Numbered from the stretch's first letter, positions 37,318 through 47,974 are shown. The stretch: DNA of 64,000 nt from Patescibacteria group bacterium (GCA_016861245.1 BOKZ01000001.1:347382-411381); one strand, 5' to 3'. Numbers and translations: made by a program. Notes: generated by a model from the letters alone, not told the origin.

Positions 37318-37821
37318 ATGATGAAAGCTCTGCGAAATACCGTTTTTACTGTAGTGGCGCTTGGGTTAACGACGCTCGGGCTTTACTGGAATAAAGAAAT
37401 TGCCCGTCAGCACGATCCAGTTGCGATCGGTCGCTCGGTTTTAGCGTCGCAATCGCTTGGCACCGACGAACAGGTTTTCCCGCTCTCTATCTCGTTTTCC
37501 CGACCAGTAATGAAACTTGGTCAGGTTCAAGAAATGACGATTAAGACCGTCCCGTTCGCTGAGCTCGATATCGTTACTACATATCCTGATGGCACGATCG
37601 ATAATCCACAAACAACTCACGCCAAAGCTGACGCTGATGGCAACTACACAATGAAATACAAGCTTAGCGACTTTAGCTACTTGGGTGTTATTAAGACAGC
37701 GGTTGTAGCGACATCGAATACAAAAACTTCGGAAGCGGCCCAAGTATTTGCGCTGCAGCCGTGGTCAGCGGATACAAGTGATCAGGGGGATGATCGGTAC
37801 GTCCACCCTCTGGTTCCATGA
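37318..37821 (+). CDS. Hypothetical exported protein (Ig-like)
   Basis: N-terminal TM/signal; beta-rich, KADADGNYT. Confidence 0.65.
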   Translation: MMKALRNTVFTVVALGLTTLGLYWNKEIARQHDPVAIGRSVLASQSLGTDEQVFPLSISFSRPVMKLGQVQEMTIKTVPFAELDIVTTYPDGTIDNPQTTHAKADADGNYTMKYKLSDFSYLGVIKTAVVATSNTKTSEAAQVFALQPWSADTSDQGDDRYVHPLVP

Positions 37822-38783
37822 CAGAGAAACCAAAAGTAGTTGCTATCGGTGGCGGAAGCGGACTCTCAACGCTTTTACGGGGCTTAAAGCATTTTCCAAT
37901 TAGTTTATCCGGTATCGTCACAATGACCGACAACGGCAAATCGAGCGGTCGGCTGAGTCGTGAGATGGGCGTGCTACCGCCCGGTGACGTCCGCAAGTGT
38001 TTAGCGGCGCTTTCAAACGACGAACAGTTGCTGACAAAACTGTTTGAGTATCGCTTTAATAAAGGACGGGGGCTGAGCGGTCACTCGCTTGGTAATTTAC
38101 TGTTAATCGCGTTAGCTGATATCACTGGGGATTTTGAGTCGGCTGTCCGAGCCAGTAGTAAAATTCTCGCGATCAAAGGCGAGGTTATCCCATCGACGCT
38201 CGAGCACGTCAGCTTGATTAGTGAGCTAAAGAATGGGCAACAGGCGCTCGGTGAAGTTGATACCGCAATCCAAGGACATAGGTTTGGGATAAAACGAGTT
38301 TCGATCATACCCGAAGACGCCCACGCTCACCCAACTGCTTTACACTTCATTAAAAACGCCGATTTGATTGTCGTCGGACCGGGTAGCTTTTACACGAGTA
38401 TTGTTCCCAATTTTTTAATTAAAGATTTGCGCACTGCCTTTGAAGAATCGTCTGCTCGAAAAATTTACGTATGTAACGCATCGACCGAGCGCGGCGAAAC
38501 TGAGGGGTATAGCGTTGACGATCACATCACTAAACTTCGTGAGTACGTGAACGGCACTCGGTTTGACGCAGCTCTAGTTAATTCAAGAATTGTTGAGAGT
38601 AGCGGCCAAGAGGGGAAGCTGGGTACGATCAGGAATATCACTACGAATAAAACTGAAATCGCTGATATTCCGATTGTGCTTGCGGATTTAATCGACGAAC
38701 ACTCGCCGCTATACCACGATGCGCGCAAACTCGCCAACGCAATTTGGCAGATATTTACCGGCGAGGCTACTTTGTCTCAATAA
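37818..38783 (+). CDS. yvcK: YvcK/GlmR family UDP-GlcNAc-binding protein
   Basis: IGGGSGL, DNGKSSG, PPGDVR, GHSLGNL and GPGSFYTS motifs. Confidence 0.92.
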   Translation: MTEKPKVVAIGGGSGLSTLLRGLKHFPISLSGIVTMTDNGKSSGRLSREMGVLPPGDVRKCLAALSNDEQLLTKLFEYRFNKGRGLSGHSLGNLLLIALADITGDFESAVRASSKILAIKGEVIPSTLEHVSLISELKNGQQALGEVDTAIQGHRFGIKRVSIIPEDAHAHPTALHFIKNADLIVVGPGSFYTSIVPNFLIKDLRTAFEESSARKIYVCNASTERGETEGYSVDDHITKLREYVNGTRFDAALVNSRIVESSGQEGKLGTIRNITTNKTEIADIPIVLADLIDEHSPLYHDARKLANAIWQIFTGEATLSQ

Positions 38784-39615
38784 TTTTGCCGTTTTCGGCG
38801 TCGTATTGATACGTAAGTCCAAGCGGACTAACGGGAATACCGTCCAGCAATTTTGTGGATATTAGTTCGTTTAGTGTTTTAGGCAACCGGTTATACCGCT
38901 GCTTAAATTCAGCGATTTTTGCGTCGAGCAAAAAAATCCCTTCGAGGTGGGCGAGATACTTAGCAGTTCGCTCCTTGATAAAACTATCGCGCGTGCCGTC
39001 GTAGACAGTTTTAAACAAGGCATAAGCGGTTTGGCGTTGATCGCCTTTATTGTAATAGATAGCGGCTAAGTATTTGGCGTTCTCAGGCGCGTTCGGTAAC
39101 TTGGCAGCGTTTTCGAAGTATCTACCGGCGGTGAGGTAATCTTTTTTATAGATGTGGTAAACGATGCCAGTGTAATATGGCATTTCCCAACGATCGGGTA
39201 AATTTTTAATCCCTTTCTCACCGAGCGCGATTGCTTCGTTAACAAAACCCTCGCCTGGTAGTATTAAGAGCCCAGTTTGATAAGCGGCGGTAAATTTTGG
39301 CGAAAGATCTGTGATGGTGGTGAACAGTTCTGCTAGTTTACGATACTTACCGTTCGGGTCGCCGCCGCCGTAATACTGGATTAGTTTAAGCCAGTACAAA
39401 TCGGCGACAAACTCCTTAGCGCCGAAACTAATCGCCTTAGAGCTTTCGGCCGAAAGCGGTTGGGGCTCGATATACAGGTTATAAGTGGTTTTAATCTTGG
39501 GCGCTGAGTAGCGACGCCAGACGTCGTAGTTGATTTGCGCAACGTACGAGAAAAGCAGTAGCGCGATCGGTAGTAGCCAAGATATCCGCTCGAACTGTAG
39601 TTGTTTAAAACTCAT
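38767..39615 (-). CDS. TPR-like membrane-anchored partner of the ABC transporter (PilG/XapA-like)
   Basis: VADLYWLKLIQYYG, LSPKF..AY and helical repeats; coupled to the permease. Confidence 0.65.
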   Translation of the reverse strand: MSFKQLQFERISWLLPIALLLFSYVAQINYDVWRRYSAPKIKTTYNLYIEPQPLSAESSKAISFGAKEFVADLYWLKLIQYYGGGDPNGKYRKLAELFTTITDLSPKFTAAYQTGLLILPGEGFVNEAIALGEKGIKNLPDRWEMPYYTGIVYHIYKKDYLTAGRYFENAAKLPNAPENAKYLAAIYYNKGDQRQTAYALFKTVYDGTRDSFIKERTAKYLAHLEGIFLLDAKIAEFKQRYNRLPKTLNELISTKLLDGIPVSPLGLTYQYDAENGKIIETK

Positions 39616-40378
39616 CCCGGCGAAAAATCGCTAAGCCAGCAAGTAAAACGGCAGCGGTGTAAGCGATAAAATACGCAACGACTAGTAATACTTGCTGGAG
39701 ATCCGGCTGAAAGTTGTAGACGATTTCGTTGCGCAAATTAAATTTCTCGAGGTTTGGGAACAGATAGTAAACCATCTCCAAGACATATCGCAGAATGCCT
39801 TGGGATTTCTGGCTAAGAATCCAAATGGTTGTTGCTGAGTGGCCAATAAGTACAATCCCAAACGTATAAACGGCGCTGGCTAATGCGCTGGTGAAGCTGC
39901 TAAATAATAACCCTACAGCCGTTAATAACCATGCCTCCAAAATAACGAAACTAGTCGCCCAAATCACTGGCGTAGAGAATTGTCCTGTTTTCCAGCGCAA
40001 GACCGCTAGGAAGACAACCCCCATCACTAAAGCGCAGACTGCTATCGTTAGGCAAAGCCCGATATATTTCCCGAGATAAAACGATTCGCGGGTTAACGGT
40101 TTTGAGAGCGTCAGATAGATTGTTTTTCGTTCGACTTCTCGGTAGACAAGCTGGGTGCCGATAAAAATAGTGATAATTAATAAAAACACGAGAAGCGCAG
40201 TTATGCCGAAGTTCTGGATAACCCGGGCGTCTTGTCCGAGCGACACCGAACCTGCCAACAGGCTTGCAGCGATCGTTAACACTGCGAAACCGAGGAGCGA
40301 ATAAAGAAGCTTGTCGCGAACAGTTTCGCGAAATGTGTTTATGGCGATACTTTTGATTATCGATCCGTTGAGTTTCAT
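39605..40378 (-). CDS. ABC-2 type permease (PilI-like)
   Basis: NTFRETVRDK, EVERKTIYLTLSKP..R..F.LGKY and FRRDEF motifs. Confidence 0.85.
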   Translation of the reverse strand: MKLNGSIIKSIAINTFRETVRDKLLYSLLGFAVLTIAASLLAGSVSLGQDARVIQNFGITALLVFLLIITIFIGTQLVYREVERKTIYLTLSKPLTRESFYLGKYIGLCLTIAVCALVMGVVFLAVLRWKTGQFSTPVIWATSFVILEAWLLTAVGLLFSSFTSALASAVYTFGIVLIGHSATTIWILSQKSQGILRYVLEMVYYLFPNLEKFNLRNEIVYNFQPDLQQVLLVVAYFIAYTAAVLLAGLAIFRRDEF

Positions 40379-41094
40379 TGCTTTTGAACTGTGCTAACGA
40401 AATATTCTTCGAGCGTTGGGTAGGTGCCGCGTAGCTTTTGAGGAGTCCCCTGTTTAACGATCTGCCCTTTGTTAATTATTGCCACTTCGTCGCAGATCTC
40501 TTCAACATCTGAGAGGATATGGGAACTAAGAAATATTGTAGTACCTAGTTTTTTTTGCTCGAGAAATAGTCGTTTAAAATCGAGGCGTCCAAGTGGGTCA
40601 AGGCCGTCAAGCGGTTCGTCCATAATGAGTAGTTTTGGATCGTTCATCAGTGCGACAGCAAAGGCGAGTCGCTGGTGCATCCCTTTAGAGAATCGTCGAA
40701 CTACAGTATTCTCGGCGTCGGCTAGCCCGACTTGCCGTAATAAATTTTTGGCTTTTGTTTCTACGGTTTTTGGGTCAAGCTCGAAGAGCTCTCCAACAAA
40801 TAGCAACACTTCGCGCGCACTCAGGTGGTGGTAAAACTGAGGCTGCTCAGGCATAAATCCGATTAGCCGCTTAGCTTTAATTGAGCTATGCGGCAGATTG
40901 TCGATCATTATCGTTCCGCTGTCAGCAAAGAGTAAATCGACAATCACTTTAATGGTTGTGGTTTTACCGGCGCCGTTAGCGCCAAGAAACCCAAATATTT
41001 TACCTCTCGGTACTTCTAGCGAAATATTATGAAGAACTGGTACGGTTTCGCGACGAAATTGGTAGGCTTTCACAAGCTTGTCTATTTTCAACAT
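40375..41094 (-). CDS. ABC transporter ATP-binding protein (PilH-like)
   Basis: GANGAGKTT, FSKGMHQR, IMDEP and SSH motifs. Confidence 0.93.
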   Translation of the reverse strand: MLKIDKLVKAYQFRRETVPVLHNISLEVPRGKIFGFLGANGAGKTTTIKVIVDLLFADSGTIMIDNLPHSSIKAKRLIGFMPEQPQFYHHLSAREVLLFVGELFELDPKTVETKAKNLLRQVGLADAENTVVRRFSKGMHQRLAFAVALMNDPKLLIMDEPLDGLDPLGRLDFKRLFLEQKKLGTTIFLSSHILSDVEEICDEVAIINKGQIVKQGTPQKLRGTYPTLEEYFVSTVQKQ

Positions 41095-41111
41095 TTGTCT
41101 GAACCCATAAT

Positions 41112-41897
41112 ATGGGTTCAATGGAAATACGCAAGAGAGTTATCGCTGTTGTCGGACCGACCGGTTCTGGTAAGACGGCGCTCGCTGTGAAGTTGGCAAA
41201 GAACTACGACGGAGTGCTACTTTCTGCCGACTCCCGGCAGGTTTACAGAGGTCTCAATATCGGCACAAATAAAGAGGGTGAACCGTGCGACTGGCGTGGG
41301 TACAGCGCCGTGTGCATCGACGGGATCCCGCAGCTACTAATTGATTGCGCTGAGCCGGGCACGCGTTTTACTGTTGCTGATTGGTTGGAAAGCGCCAACA
41401 CGGCGATCGAGCAGATTTGGGAGTCAAACTTGCTACCTATTGTCGTCGGGGGAACTGGTTTGTACGTTAGTGCGCTGCTCGATGGCTACGAGCTCGGTGG
41501 AGGGCGTAATTCAAAGAAAAGAAAATCGGTGGAATTCGAACAATTAACGCTCTATATCGACAAAGATCGTGAGTGGCTGTACCGAAAATCTGATCAGCGG
41601 TTTGAGCGTATATTTAACGAATTGGTAATCGAAACACAGGAGTTACTAAATCGCGGAGTAAGCGCTGACTGGCTGTTTGATATCGGATTAGATTACCGGT
41701 TTGCGACGCAGTATATTACCGGAGCGATGAATCGTGAGCTGGCGATCGACCAGTTCCAGCGGTCAAGTCGAGCCTATATCCGTCGGCAACTCACCTGGTG
41801 GCGGCATCACGGCGTCTTAGTTAAGTGCTCGACTGACGAACAAGCGGACAAGGCGGTGGATAAATTCTTGAATCACCGAGAAAAAAACGTAAAGTAG
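41112..41897 (+). CDS. miaA: tRNA dimethylallyltransferase (short)
   Basis: GPTGSGKT, SADSRQVY, VGGTGLY and YIRRQLTW motifs. Confidence 0.9.
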   Translation: MGSMEIRKRVIAVVGPTGSGKTALAVKLAKNYDGVLLSADSRQVYRGLNIGTNKEGEPCDWRGYSAVCIDGIPQLLIDCAEPGTRFTVADWLESANTAIEQIWESNLLPIVVGGTGLYVSALLDGYELGGGRNSKKRKSVEFEQLTLYIDKDREWLYRKSDQRFERIFNELVIETQELLNRGVSADWLFDIGLDYRFATQYITGAMNRELAIDQFQRSSRAYIRRQLTWWRHHGVLVKCSTDEQADKAVDKFLNHREKNVK

Positions 41898-41921
41898 TGG
41901 TATGTGTGAGGGGAAAAATTA

Positions 41922-42572
41922 ATGAAGTGTCCGCTGTGCGACAGCGACTCCGAGCCGGTTGTACTACGAAGTAGCGGCGCTCGAACTGTTGAAGCCAAGC
42001 GATGCACGCAGTGCAACGGTTTTTGGTTTCCGCGTCCGCTTAGCGATCGTTTAGATATAACAAGTGTTCAACAGTTCGAAACTGGTGCCCCAAACTACTC
42101 AGTACAAGCTTCGGATGTTGTTTGTCCGAATGATAACACTCTACTTGAACGATCGGACCACGATTTAAATCCGCATTCCGGACAGTATTGGAGTTGCCCC
42201 GATTGTAACGGACAATTTTTCCCGCGCGGTCAACTAGCACTGTATACTCAGTGGCAAATCGATAATCAGCCAGGCACTCCAGCAGCGATAGGCGCGATGA
42301 CTCGAACCCAGGCAACCACAGGCATCCTTTCGATTAGTGGGCTCTTTGTAATGGTGATGGCGTCGCTTAGTAACTTGAATTACCAGGCAGCCAGTACCCA
42401 AACATTACCGTCCACCGGCCCGAACGTGCTGACATTACTTCTTTTGGCTGTCACTTATCTGGCAGGAACAATCCTGGCGGTACTTGGACGGAAATTACCT
42501 GTTATTCTACTCGGGTGGGGCGTGATAGCGATCTGTTTGGTTGGTTTCTCGGTTATTATATTTGGCCCGTAG
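41922..42572 (+). CDS. Double zf-TFIIB-like zinc-ribbon membrane protein
   Basis: CPLC..CTQCNGFWF and CPND..CPDCNGQFF; 3 C-terminal TM helices. Confidence 0.7.
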   Translation: MKCPLCDSDSEPVVLRSSGARTVEAKRCTQCNGFWFPRPLSDRLDITSVQQFETGAPNYSVQASDVVCPNDNTLLERSDHDLNPHSGQYWSCPDCNGQFFPRGQLALYTQWQIDNQPGTPAAIGAMTRTQATTGILSISGLFVMVMASLSNLNYQAASTQTLPSTGPNVLTLLLLAVTYLAGTILAVLGRKLPVILLGWGVIAICLVGFSVIIFGP

Positions 42573-42575
42573 CCG

Positions 42576-44072
42576 ATGGCGCTCTCAACCCTCCGTTCTG
42601 CGACAGTAGATGGGGTTGACGGCCTGGCAGTTCGAGTCGAAGTTGACGTCGCTCAAGGATTGCCGAGCTTTACGATCGTTGGTCTTGCCGATAAATCTGT
42701 CGACGAGAGTAAGGAACGTATTCGCTCAGCGCTTAAGCACAGCGGGTATAAGCTACCGATCGCTCGAGTTACTGTTCATCTAGCGCCGTCGGCGGTGAAG
42801 AAAAGCGGCGTTCACTTTGATCTACCGATCGCATTAGCGGTATTAGCTGCCGACGAACAGATCGCCAAAAGCGAGCGTTGGGAAAAGACGTTGCTGCTCG
42901 GAGGGTTGCAGCTTGATGGTCGCATTCAGCCAGTTTTTGGGGCGCTGATATTAACTGATTGGGCAGCAAGAAACGGGTTTGAGAACGTTGTACTACCGCT
43001 AGAGAACTACGCCGAAGCATCATTAATTAAAAGTATTAATGTCATTCCAGTTGAAACGTTTAAAGATGTAATTGCGTATTTTGATGGGATCGAAACACCA
43101 ATCCCCACTATTAAACATGCGACTATTAACCAGCACGATGACGATTGGCTACAAGTTAGGGGTCAGTCACAAGCGAAACGGGCGGCAGTGATTGCAGCTG
43201 CCGGTAATCACAATATTCTTTTACATGGTGAGCCTGGTGCTGGTAAAACTTTGCTAGCGCGAGGCATCCGAGCACTGTTGCCGCCGCTGAACATCGATGA
43301 GCAAATTGAAATGCTAAAAATTCACGGATTACAAACAAAACGTAACTACGATCGTCTAACAATTGAGCGACCGTTTCGCAACCCACACCACTCCGCTAGC
43401 CCTGTCGCGGTTGTCGGCGGCGGCTCGCCACCGCATCCGGGCGAAATCTCGTATGCGCATCGAGGAGTGTTGTTTTTTGATGAGTTGCCGGAGTTCCCCC
43501 GTTCCATTCTTGAATCGTTACGACAACCGCTCGAAGATGGGGTAATCACAGTTGCCAGAGCTGAGGGGTCGGTCCGGTATCCGGCAGAGTTTTTATTCGT
43601 TGCGACGATGAATCCCTGCCCCTGCGGGTGGTTTGGGTCTGAAAAGAGAGAGTGTCAGTGCTCACCTCAACAGATTCAAAAATATCAGAAGAAAGTAAGC
43701 GGGCCGATCGTTGATCGTATCGATATCTCGATGCGACTCCCTTCGATGACTTACGACGAGCTCCGTACAGAAAAAGACGGGCGTAGTGAGTTGGGGCAAA
43801 TTCGCTCGCTCATTACTAAAACACGTCAACTGCAGATTAAGAGAAACGGCTGCCTTAATAGTCGGATTCCGCCGAAAGCGTTACATACTATTTGCGTGAT
43901 CGACGAAAAGGCGGAGCAAATTCTAAAAAAAGCGGTCGAGGTGTACGGCTTAAGCGGTCGAGGTGTTCATAAAGTGCTGAAAGTCTCAAGAACTATCGCC
44001 GATCTCTCGGGACACGAGGTTATTACTAGTCCGCATGTCTCGGAAGCGCTTCAATATCGCTTTGAAGCGTAA
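42576..44072 (+). CDS. comM: ComM/YifB Mg-chelatase-like AAA+ ATPase
   Basis: GLPSFTIVGL, GEPGAGKT, RPFRNPHH, DELPEF and MNPCPCG motifs. Confidence 0.93.
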   Translation: MALSTLRSATVDGVDGLAVRVEVDVAQGLPSFTIVGLADKSVDESKERIRSALKHSGYKLPIARVTVHLAPSAVKKSGVHFDLPIALAVLAADEQIAKSERWEKTLLLGGLQLDGRIQPVFGALILTDWAARNGFENVVLPLENYAEASLIKSINVIPVETFKDVIAYFDGIETPIPTIKHATINQHDDDWLQVRGQSQAKRAAVIAAAGNHNILLHGEPGAGKTLLARGIRALLPPLNIDEQIEMLKIHGLQTKRNYDRLTIERPFRNPHHSASPVAVVGGGSPPHPGEISYAHRGVLFFDELPEFPRSILESLRQPLEDGVITVARAEGSVRYPAEFLFVATMNPCPCGWFGSEKRECQCSPQQIQKYQKKVSGPIVDRIDISMRLPSMTYDELRTEKDGRSELGQIRSLITKTRQLQIKRNGCLNSRIPPKALHTICVIDEKAEQILKKAVEVYGLSGRGVHKVLKVSRTIADLSGHEVITSPHVSEALQYRFEA

Positions 44073-44113
44073 CTTGCCTACAGCTGCTTCTGTACTATGA
44101 TGAATGGGAGGGG

Positions 44114-45490
44114 ATGAAACTAAAAAACCGTCGGGCGTTCACAATATTGGAAATCGTTATCGACACGTTTATTATTACGGCCGTCTTCGGTGTATTGGTA
44201 ACAAGTTTTATCCTGGTACTAAATGTAGTTGGTGCCGGTAAGGCCAGGACTGCTGCGACGCTGTTGGCAAACGAGCAGATGGAGACGCTGCGCAACTTAC
44301 CGTACAACGATTTGGCAACGCAAAACGGAACGATTTTACCGCAAGGCGATATCCCAGACACCCAAACTGTTAATCGAAGCGGGTTAGACTTTACCCTCTC
44401 AACTACTATTATCACAATTGACGATCCGTACGACGGTTGCGCAATTCCTGCTGGTGCCGGAGTATACGAGTGTACCGACGGGCAGACCTCAACACAGCAA
44501 GACACGGTGCCAGTCGATTATAAGCGAATACAGATTACAGTTACTCAGCTCAATAACCCAACCGTACTCGCGACGCTTGCGAGTAACGCCGCGGCAAAAG
44601 CAGCCGAAACACCTTCAAACACAGGTATGTTGCTGGTTTGCATTAACGACTCACAAGGTCTAGCTGTCCCTAGCGCGACTGTAACCATAACAAATACGGT
44701 ATTGGGTGTGAACGTTCAAGGTGTAACAAATAACCAGGGATGTGTGTTTGTGGCTAACGTACCGCCTGATAACCAGAACGGATATCACATTGTAGTTACT
44801 AAAGACGGTTATTCGAGTGATTTTACGACGCCACGTACCGCTCAAAACCCCAATCAAGTTCAGCCGGACGTCGATATTAACCAACAGCAAATTACTATCC
44901 AGAACTTAGCGATCGATTACTTAGCTAATATGGCCGTAACCGTTGTCAATGAGCTAAACCAGCCGGTAAGCGGCATACAAGTTACGGCAACAAGCACAAA
45001 AATAACGCAATTTAATCCTGAACTACCGAAAAACACCTACAACCAAACAACCAACGCCAGCGGCATTGCAACGTTCAATAATATCGAGTGGGATAGCTAC
45101 GCGTTAAGCGTTCCGTCTGGCTACACTATTCTTACTACCAGCCCGTATCAAGCCGTGTCGGTGGTGCCAAGCGCAACGACTAACGTCGCCATTACCGCTA
45201 CCACCGCCAGTAGCTGGCCGATTATCTCAACCGTTAGCCCGACCTCTGGCGTAGCGGGGAGTACGGTTGAGATTGTGATCGAGGGAGATAACTTTCCAAG
45301 TAGCGCAACAGTTAAATTAGTTCGAAGCGGTTATGCCGACATAATTCCAACTACAACTAATGTGGCGGCGAATCAGAAAACTATCACCTTTACCCTCAAT
45401 TTAATTGGCGCGGCTACGGGGCCATGGGATATTGTTGTCGATGCCGCTGGCAAGATCATTACGCAGGTCGGCGGCTTTACCGTTTCCTGA
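44114..45490 (+). CDS. Large pilin-like protein with beta-sandwich/IPT-like domains
   Basis: Class III-like leader RRA|FTILE; ANEQMETLRNLPY, DYKRIQITV. Confidence 0.8.
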   Translation: MKLKNRRAFTILEIVIDTFIITAVFGVLVTSFILVLNVVGAGKARTAATLLANEQMETLRNLPYNDLATQNGTILPQGDIPDTQTVNRSGLDFTLSTTIITIDDPYDGCAIPAGAGVYECTDGQTSTQQDTVPVDYKRIQITVTQLNNPTVLATLASNAAAKAAETPSNTGMLLVCINDSQGLAVPSATVTITNTVLGVNVQGVTNNQGCVFVANVPPDNQNGYHIVVTKDGYSSDFTTPRTAQNPNQVQPDVDINQQQITIQNLAIDYLANMAVTVVNELNQPVSGIQVTATSTKITQFNPELPKNTYNQTTNASGIATFNNIEWDSYALSVPSGYTILTTSPYQAVSVVPSATTNVAITATTASSWPIISTVSPTSGVAGSTVEIVIEGDNFPSSATVKLVRSGYADIIPTTTNVAANQKTITFTLNLIGAATGPWDIVVDAAGKIITQVGGFTVS

Positions 45491-46083
45491 TGGGTAATCG
45501 TCGGGCGTTTACGATAATTGAACTAATAGTTGTTGCCGGTCTCGGTTCTATTCTGGGCGCTATCGTTATTTCGGTGGTCGTAAAGAGTCTCTCAGATAAT
45601 CGTCGGGTGGAGGCAACCTCGCTAGTCCAACGCGATATTAATCTGGGGGTGGACAATATTAATAAAGTGTTGCGAAGCACCACCCAAATATTGGAGGCGA
45701 CTAATACAACGTTACGAGTGCGGGCGTATCGTAACGTTGGCGACGCCGCGCCTAGCGAGATTTACTACCGGATTGACACCCATAACGGCGAGCAAGCCGT
45801 TAGATACGATGTAACCCCGGCCAGCGGCACAGCGCCAAATTACACCTACGACCCTCAAGACACTGAAACATTTACTCTTCTTCCGAAGGTCACAAATAGC
45901 GATCTTCTACCTCTATTTAAGTACTACAACGAAGAGAACGTGTTGCTGCCCGTACCGGTTTCGCTATCGGAGGTGAGGGTTATCGAGGTGCTGCCAAGCT
46001 GTCTTGATATTACTGGTATGTTAACCAACCCGATAACTGTTACCACAAAAGCCACGCTGAGAAATTTTAAAACCAATTTATGA
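45490..46083 (+). CDS. Minor pilin-like protein
   Basis: MGNRRA|FTIIELIVV; ATG overlaps the previous stop. Confidence 0.8.
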   Translation: MGNRRAFTIIELIVVAGLGSILGAIVISVVVKSLSDNRRVEATSLVQRDINLGVDNINKVLRSTTQILEATNTTLRVRAYRNVGDAAPSEIYYRIDTHNGEQAVRYDVTPASGTAPNYTYDPQDTETFTLLPKVTNSDLLPLFKYYNEENVLLPVPVSLSEVRVIEVLPSCLDITGMLTNPITVTTKATLRNFKTNL

Positions 46084-47495
46084 AGATATTCCAACGAAAA
46101 AAGTCTGGCTATTACTTGCCGTTAATTATGACGATCGCTGCAGTTGTGTTTATTATCACAACTGCCATTCTTTCGTTGGCGTTCGGTAACTTTCGAATCG
46201 TTAAAAAACAAGGCCAATCGACAACAGCGCTAAACGTAGCGGAAGCAGGGATAAACTATTACCTCTGGCATCTCTCGCACAACAGCCAAGATTACTGTGA
46301 CGGTAATTCTTGCACCGGGAACGGACCGTTCGGACCGTACACACATCAGTATAAAGACGTCGACGGTAACATATTAGGTGAATACGAGTTAACGATCACT
46401 CCCCCGGTTTCTGGCGGTAATACGGTTACTGTTCGATCCGTCGGCGAGACTGTAACGGGGGAGAAACGAACCATCCTTGCCAGTCTTGGCGTTCCGTCGT
46501 TTGCACAATACTCGTTTGTCACCAACTCAGAAGCTTGGTTTGGCGACACAGAAACGACTAACGGTTTGGTACACTCAAATAAGGGAATTCATTTCGACGG
46601 TGTGGCTAATGGTTTGGTAACGGCTGCTGTTTCGACGTATACACCTTCTACCTGTTTTGGCGGTGACGGCAGCGTGAAAAACGGTGTTTGGGGTACCGGC
46701 GGACCGACGACGTACTGGAATTTCCCGGTTCCACAGATCGACTTCAACCAAATCACTACTGACCTTAGCGCTCTGCAAACGGCCGCGATTGACGACGGTA
46801 TTCACCTGCCGACGTTAGTCGACAATCAGGGGAGAAAAACACATAGCGGTTACGCCTTGCAATTCAACGGCAACGGGACAGTGTTGATAGGAAAGGTCAC
46901 CGCTAGTCGCGACGCCGGAAATTCAGGAGGCACCTGCACGGCGCACAGTCGAGCCGATTCGTTAATCCAGTCTGTTGTGTGGGACGCTACCGCGACCGCA
47001 TTACCGAATAACGGTATTATATACGTCGCCGATAACGCCTGGATTTGGGGAACAATAACTTCGAGACTAACAGTTGCTTCCGGCAGATTACCTGATACTA
47101 CTTCAACTAACACTAGCGTCTATTTACAAAACGATATCGTTTACGCCGCTAAGGACGGCAGTGTGGCGCTTGGGATCGTTAGTCAATCTGATATCCGGGT
47201 TAACTCTAATAGCGAGAACGATTTAGTATTAGACGCGTATTTGCTTTCGCAGAAAGGAAAAGTTTTCCGTCCGCTGTATTCCGGAAATGTCCGGAACAGC
47301 ATTAGTATCTACGGCGGTATCGCTAGTAATTCCTGGTGGACGTGGAGTTGGGTGAACGGGAGCGGCACAGTAGTTTCCGGGTACCAAAATACAACGCAAA
47401 CGTACGATCCGTATTTAACGCTTAACCCACCGCCGCTATTTCCTAAAACCGGGTCTCACGCAATTCTTTCTTGGAAAGAAGAGCCGATTCTTTAA
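46080..47495 (+). CDS. PilX-like minor pilin
   Basis: KKSG|YYLP, ALNVAEAGINY and GLVHSN motifs. Confidence 0.8.
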   Translation: MKIFQRKKSGYYLPLIMTIAAVVFIITTAILSLAFGNFRIVKKQGQSTTALNVAEAGINYYLWHLSHNSQDYCDGNSCTGNGPFGPYTHQYKDVDGNILGEYELTITPPVSGGNTVTVRSVGETVTGEKRTILASLGVPSFAQYSFVTNSEAWFGDTETTNGLVHSNKGIHFDGVANGLVTAAVSTYTPSTCFGGDGSVKNGVWGTGGPTTYWNFPVPQIDFNQITTDLSALQTAAIDDGIHLPTLVDNQGRKTHSGYALQFNGNGTVLIGKVTASRDAGNSGGTCTAHSRADSLIQSVVWDATATALPNNGIIYVADNAWIWGTITSRLTVASGRLPDTTSTNTSVYLQNDIVYAAKDGSVALGIVSQSDIRVNSNSENDLVLDAYLLSQKGKVFRPLYSGNVRNSISIYGGIASNSWWTWSWVNGSGTVVSGYQNTTQTYDPYLTLNPPPLFPKTGSHAILSWKEEPIL

Positions 47496-47804
47496 CTACT
47501 GATCAAGCCGAAGTGCCTGGTATAGCCAGTTGCCGAACGTTTCTAAGTCGTTTCTCTGTTGATCGAAAATAATTATCGCAACTAACAACAGAGTGATAAT
47601 ACCGATACTGACTGAAGTGCGGATTAGCTCGCGTCCGTGAGAATAAGCTGCTAGCTGAGTTGCTGGCTTAGGTTCGGCTGGCAGCGCTGCGTGCTTTTCA
47701 GGGACGGGTAATAGCGGTTCGGTCGGCGAACTTGGTTTAAGTTGTTGAAGTTGCTGCCGCTTAGCCAATATCTTTTGTAGGTTTTTCTTAGATTTTTTAC
47801 TCAT
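47496..47804 (-). CDS. Hypothetical basic protein with a C-terminal TM
   Basis: MSKKSKKNLQK start; the longer ORF-track version overlaps tRNA-Gly. Confidence 0.6.
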   Translation of the reverse strand: MSKKSKKNLQKILAKRQQLQQLKPSSPTEPLLPVPEKHAALPAEPKPATQLAAYSHGRELIRTSVSIGIITLLLVAIIIFDQQRNDLETFGNWLYQALRLDQ

Positions 47805-47875
47805 TTCTAACTGGATACTAACCGAGTTTTCTCCTTTACACAACCGAGTTGAGCAGATAGAATATTGGTTGAATT

Positions 47876-47948
<73 letters not shown>

Positions 47949-47949
47949 C

Positions 47950-47974
47950 AAAAAATACCCGGCGATCGCCGGGT
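47950..47974 (-). terminator. Terminator between tRNA-Gly and the HD gene
   Basis: Perfect palindrome ACCCGGCGATCGCCGGGT with an adjacent A-run. Confidence 0.6.
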
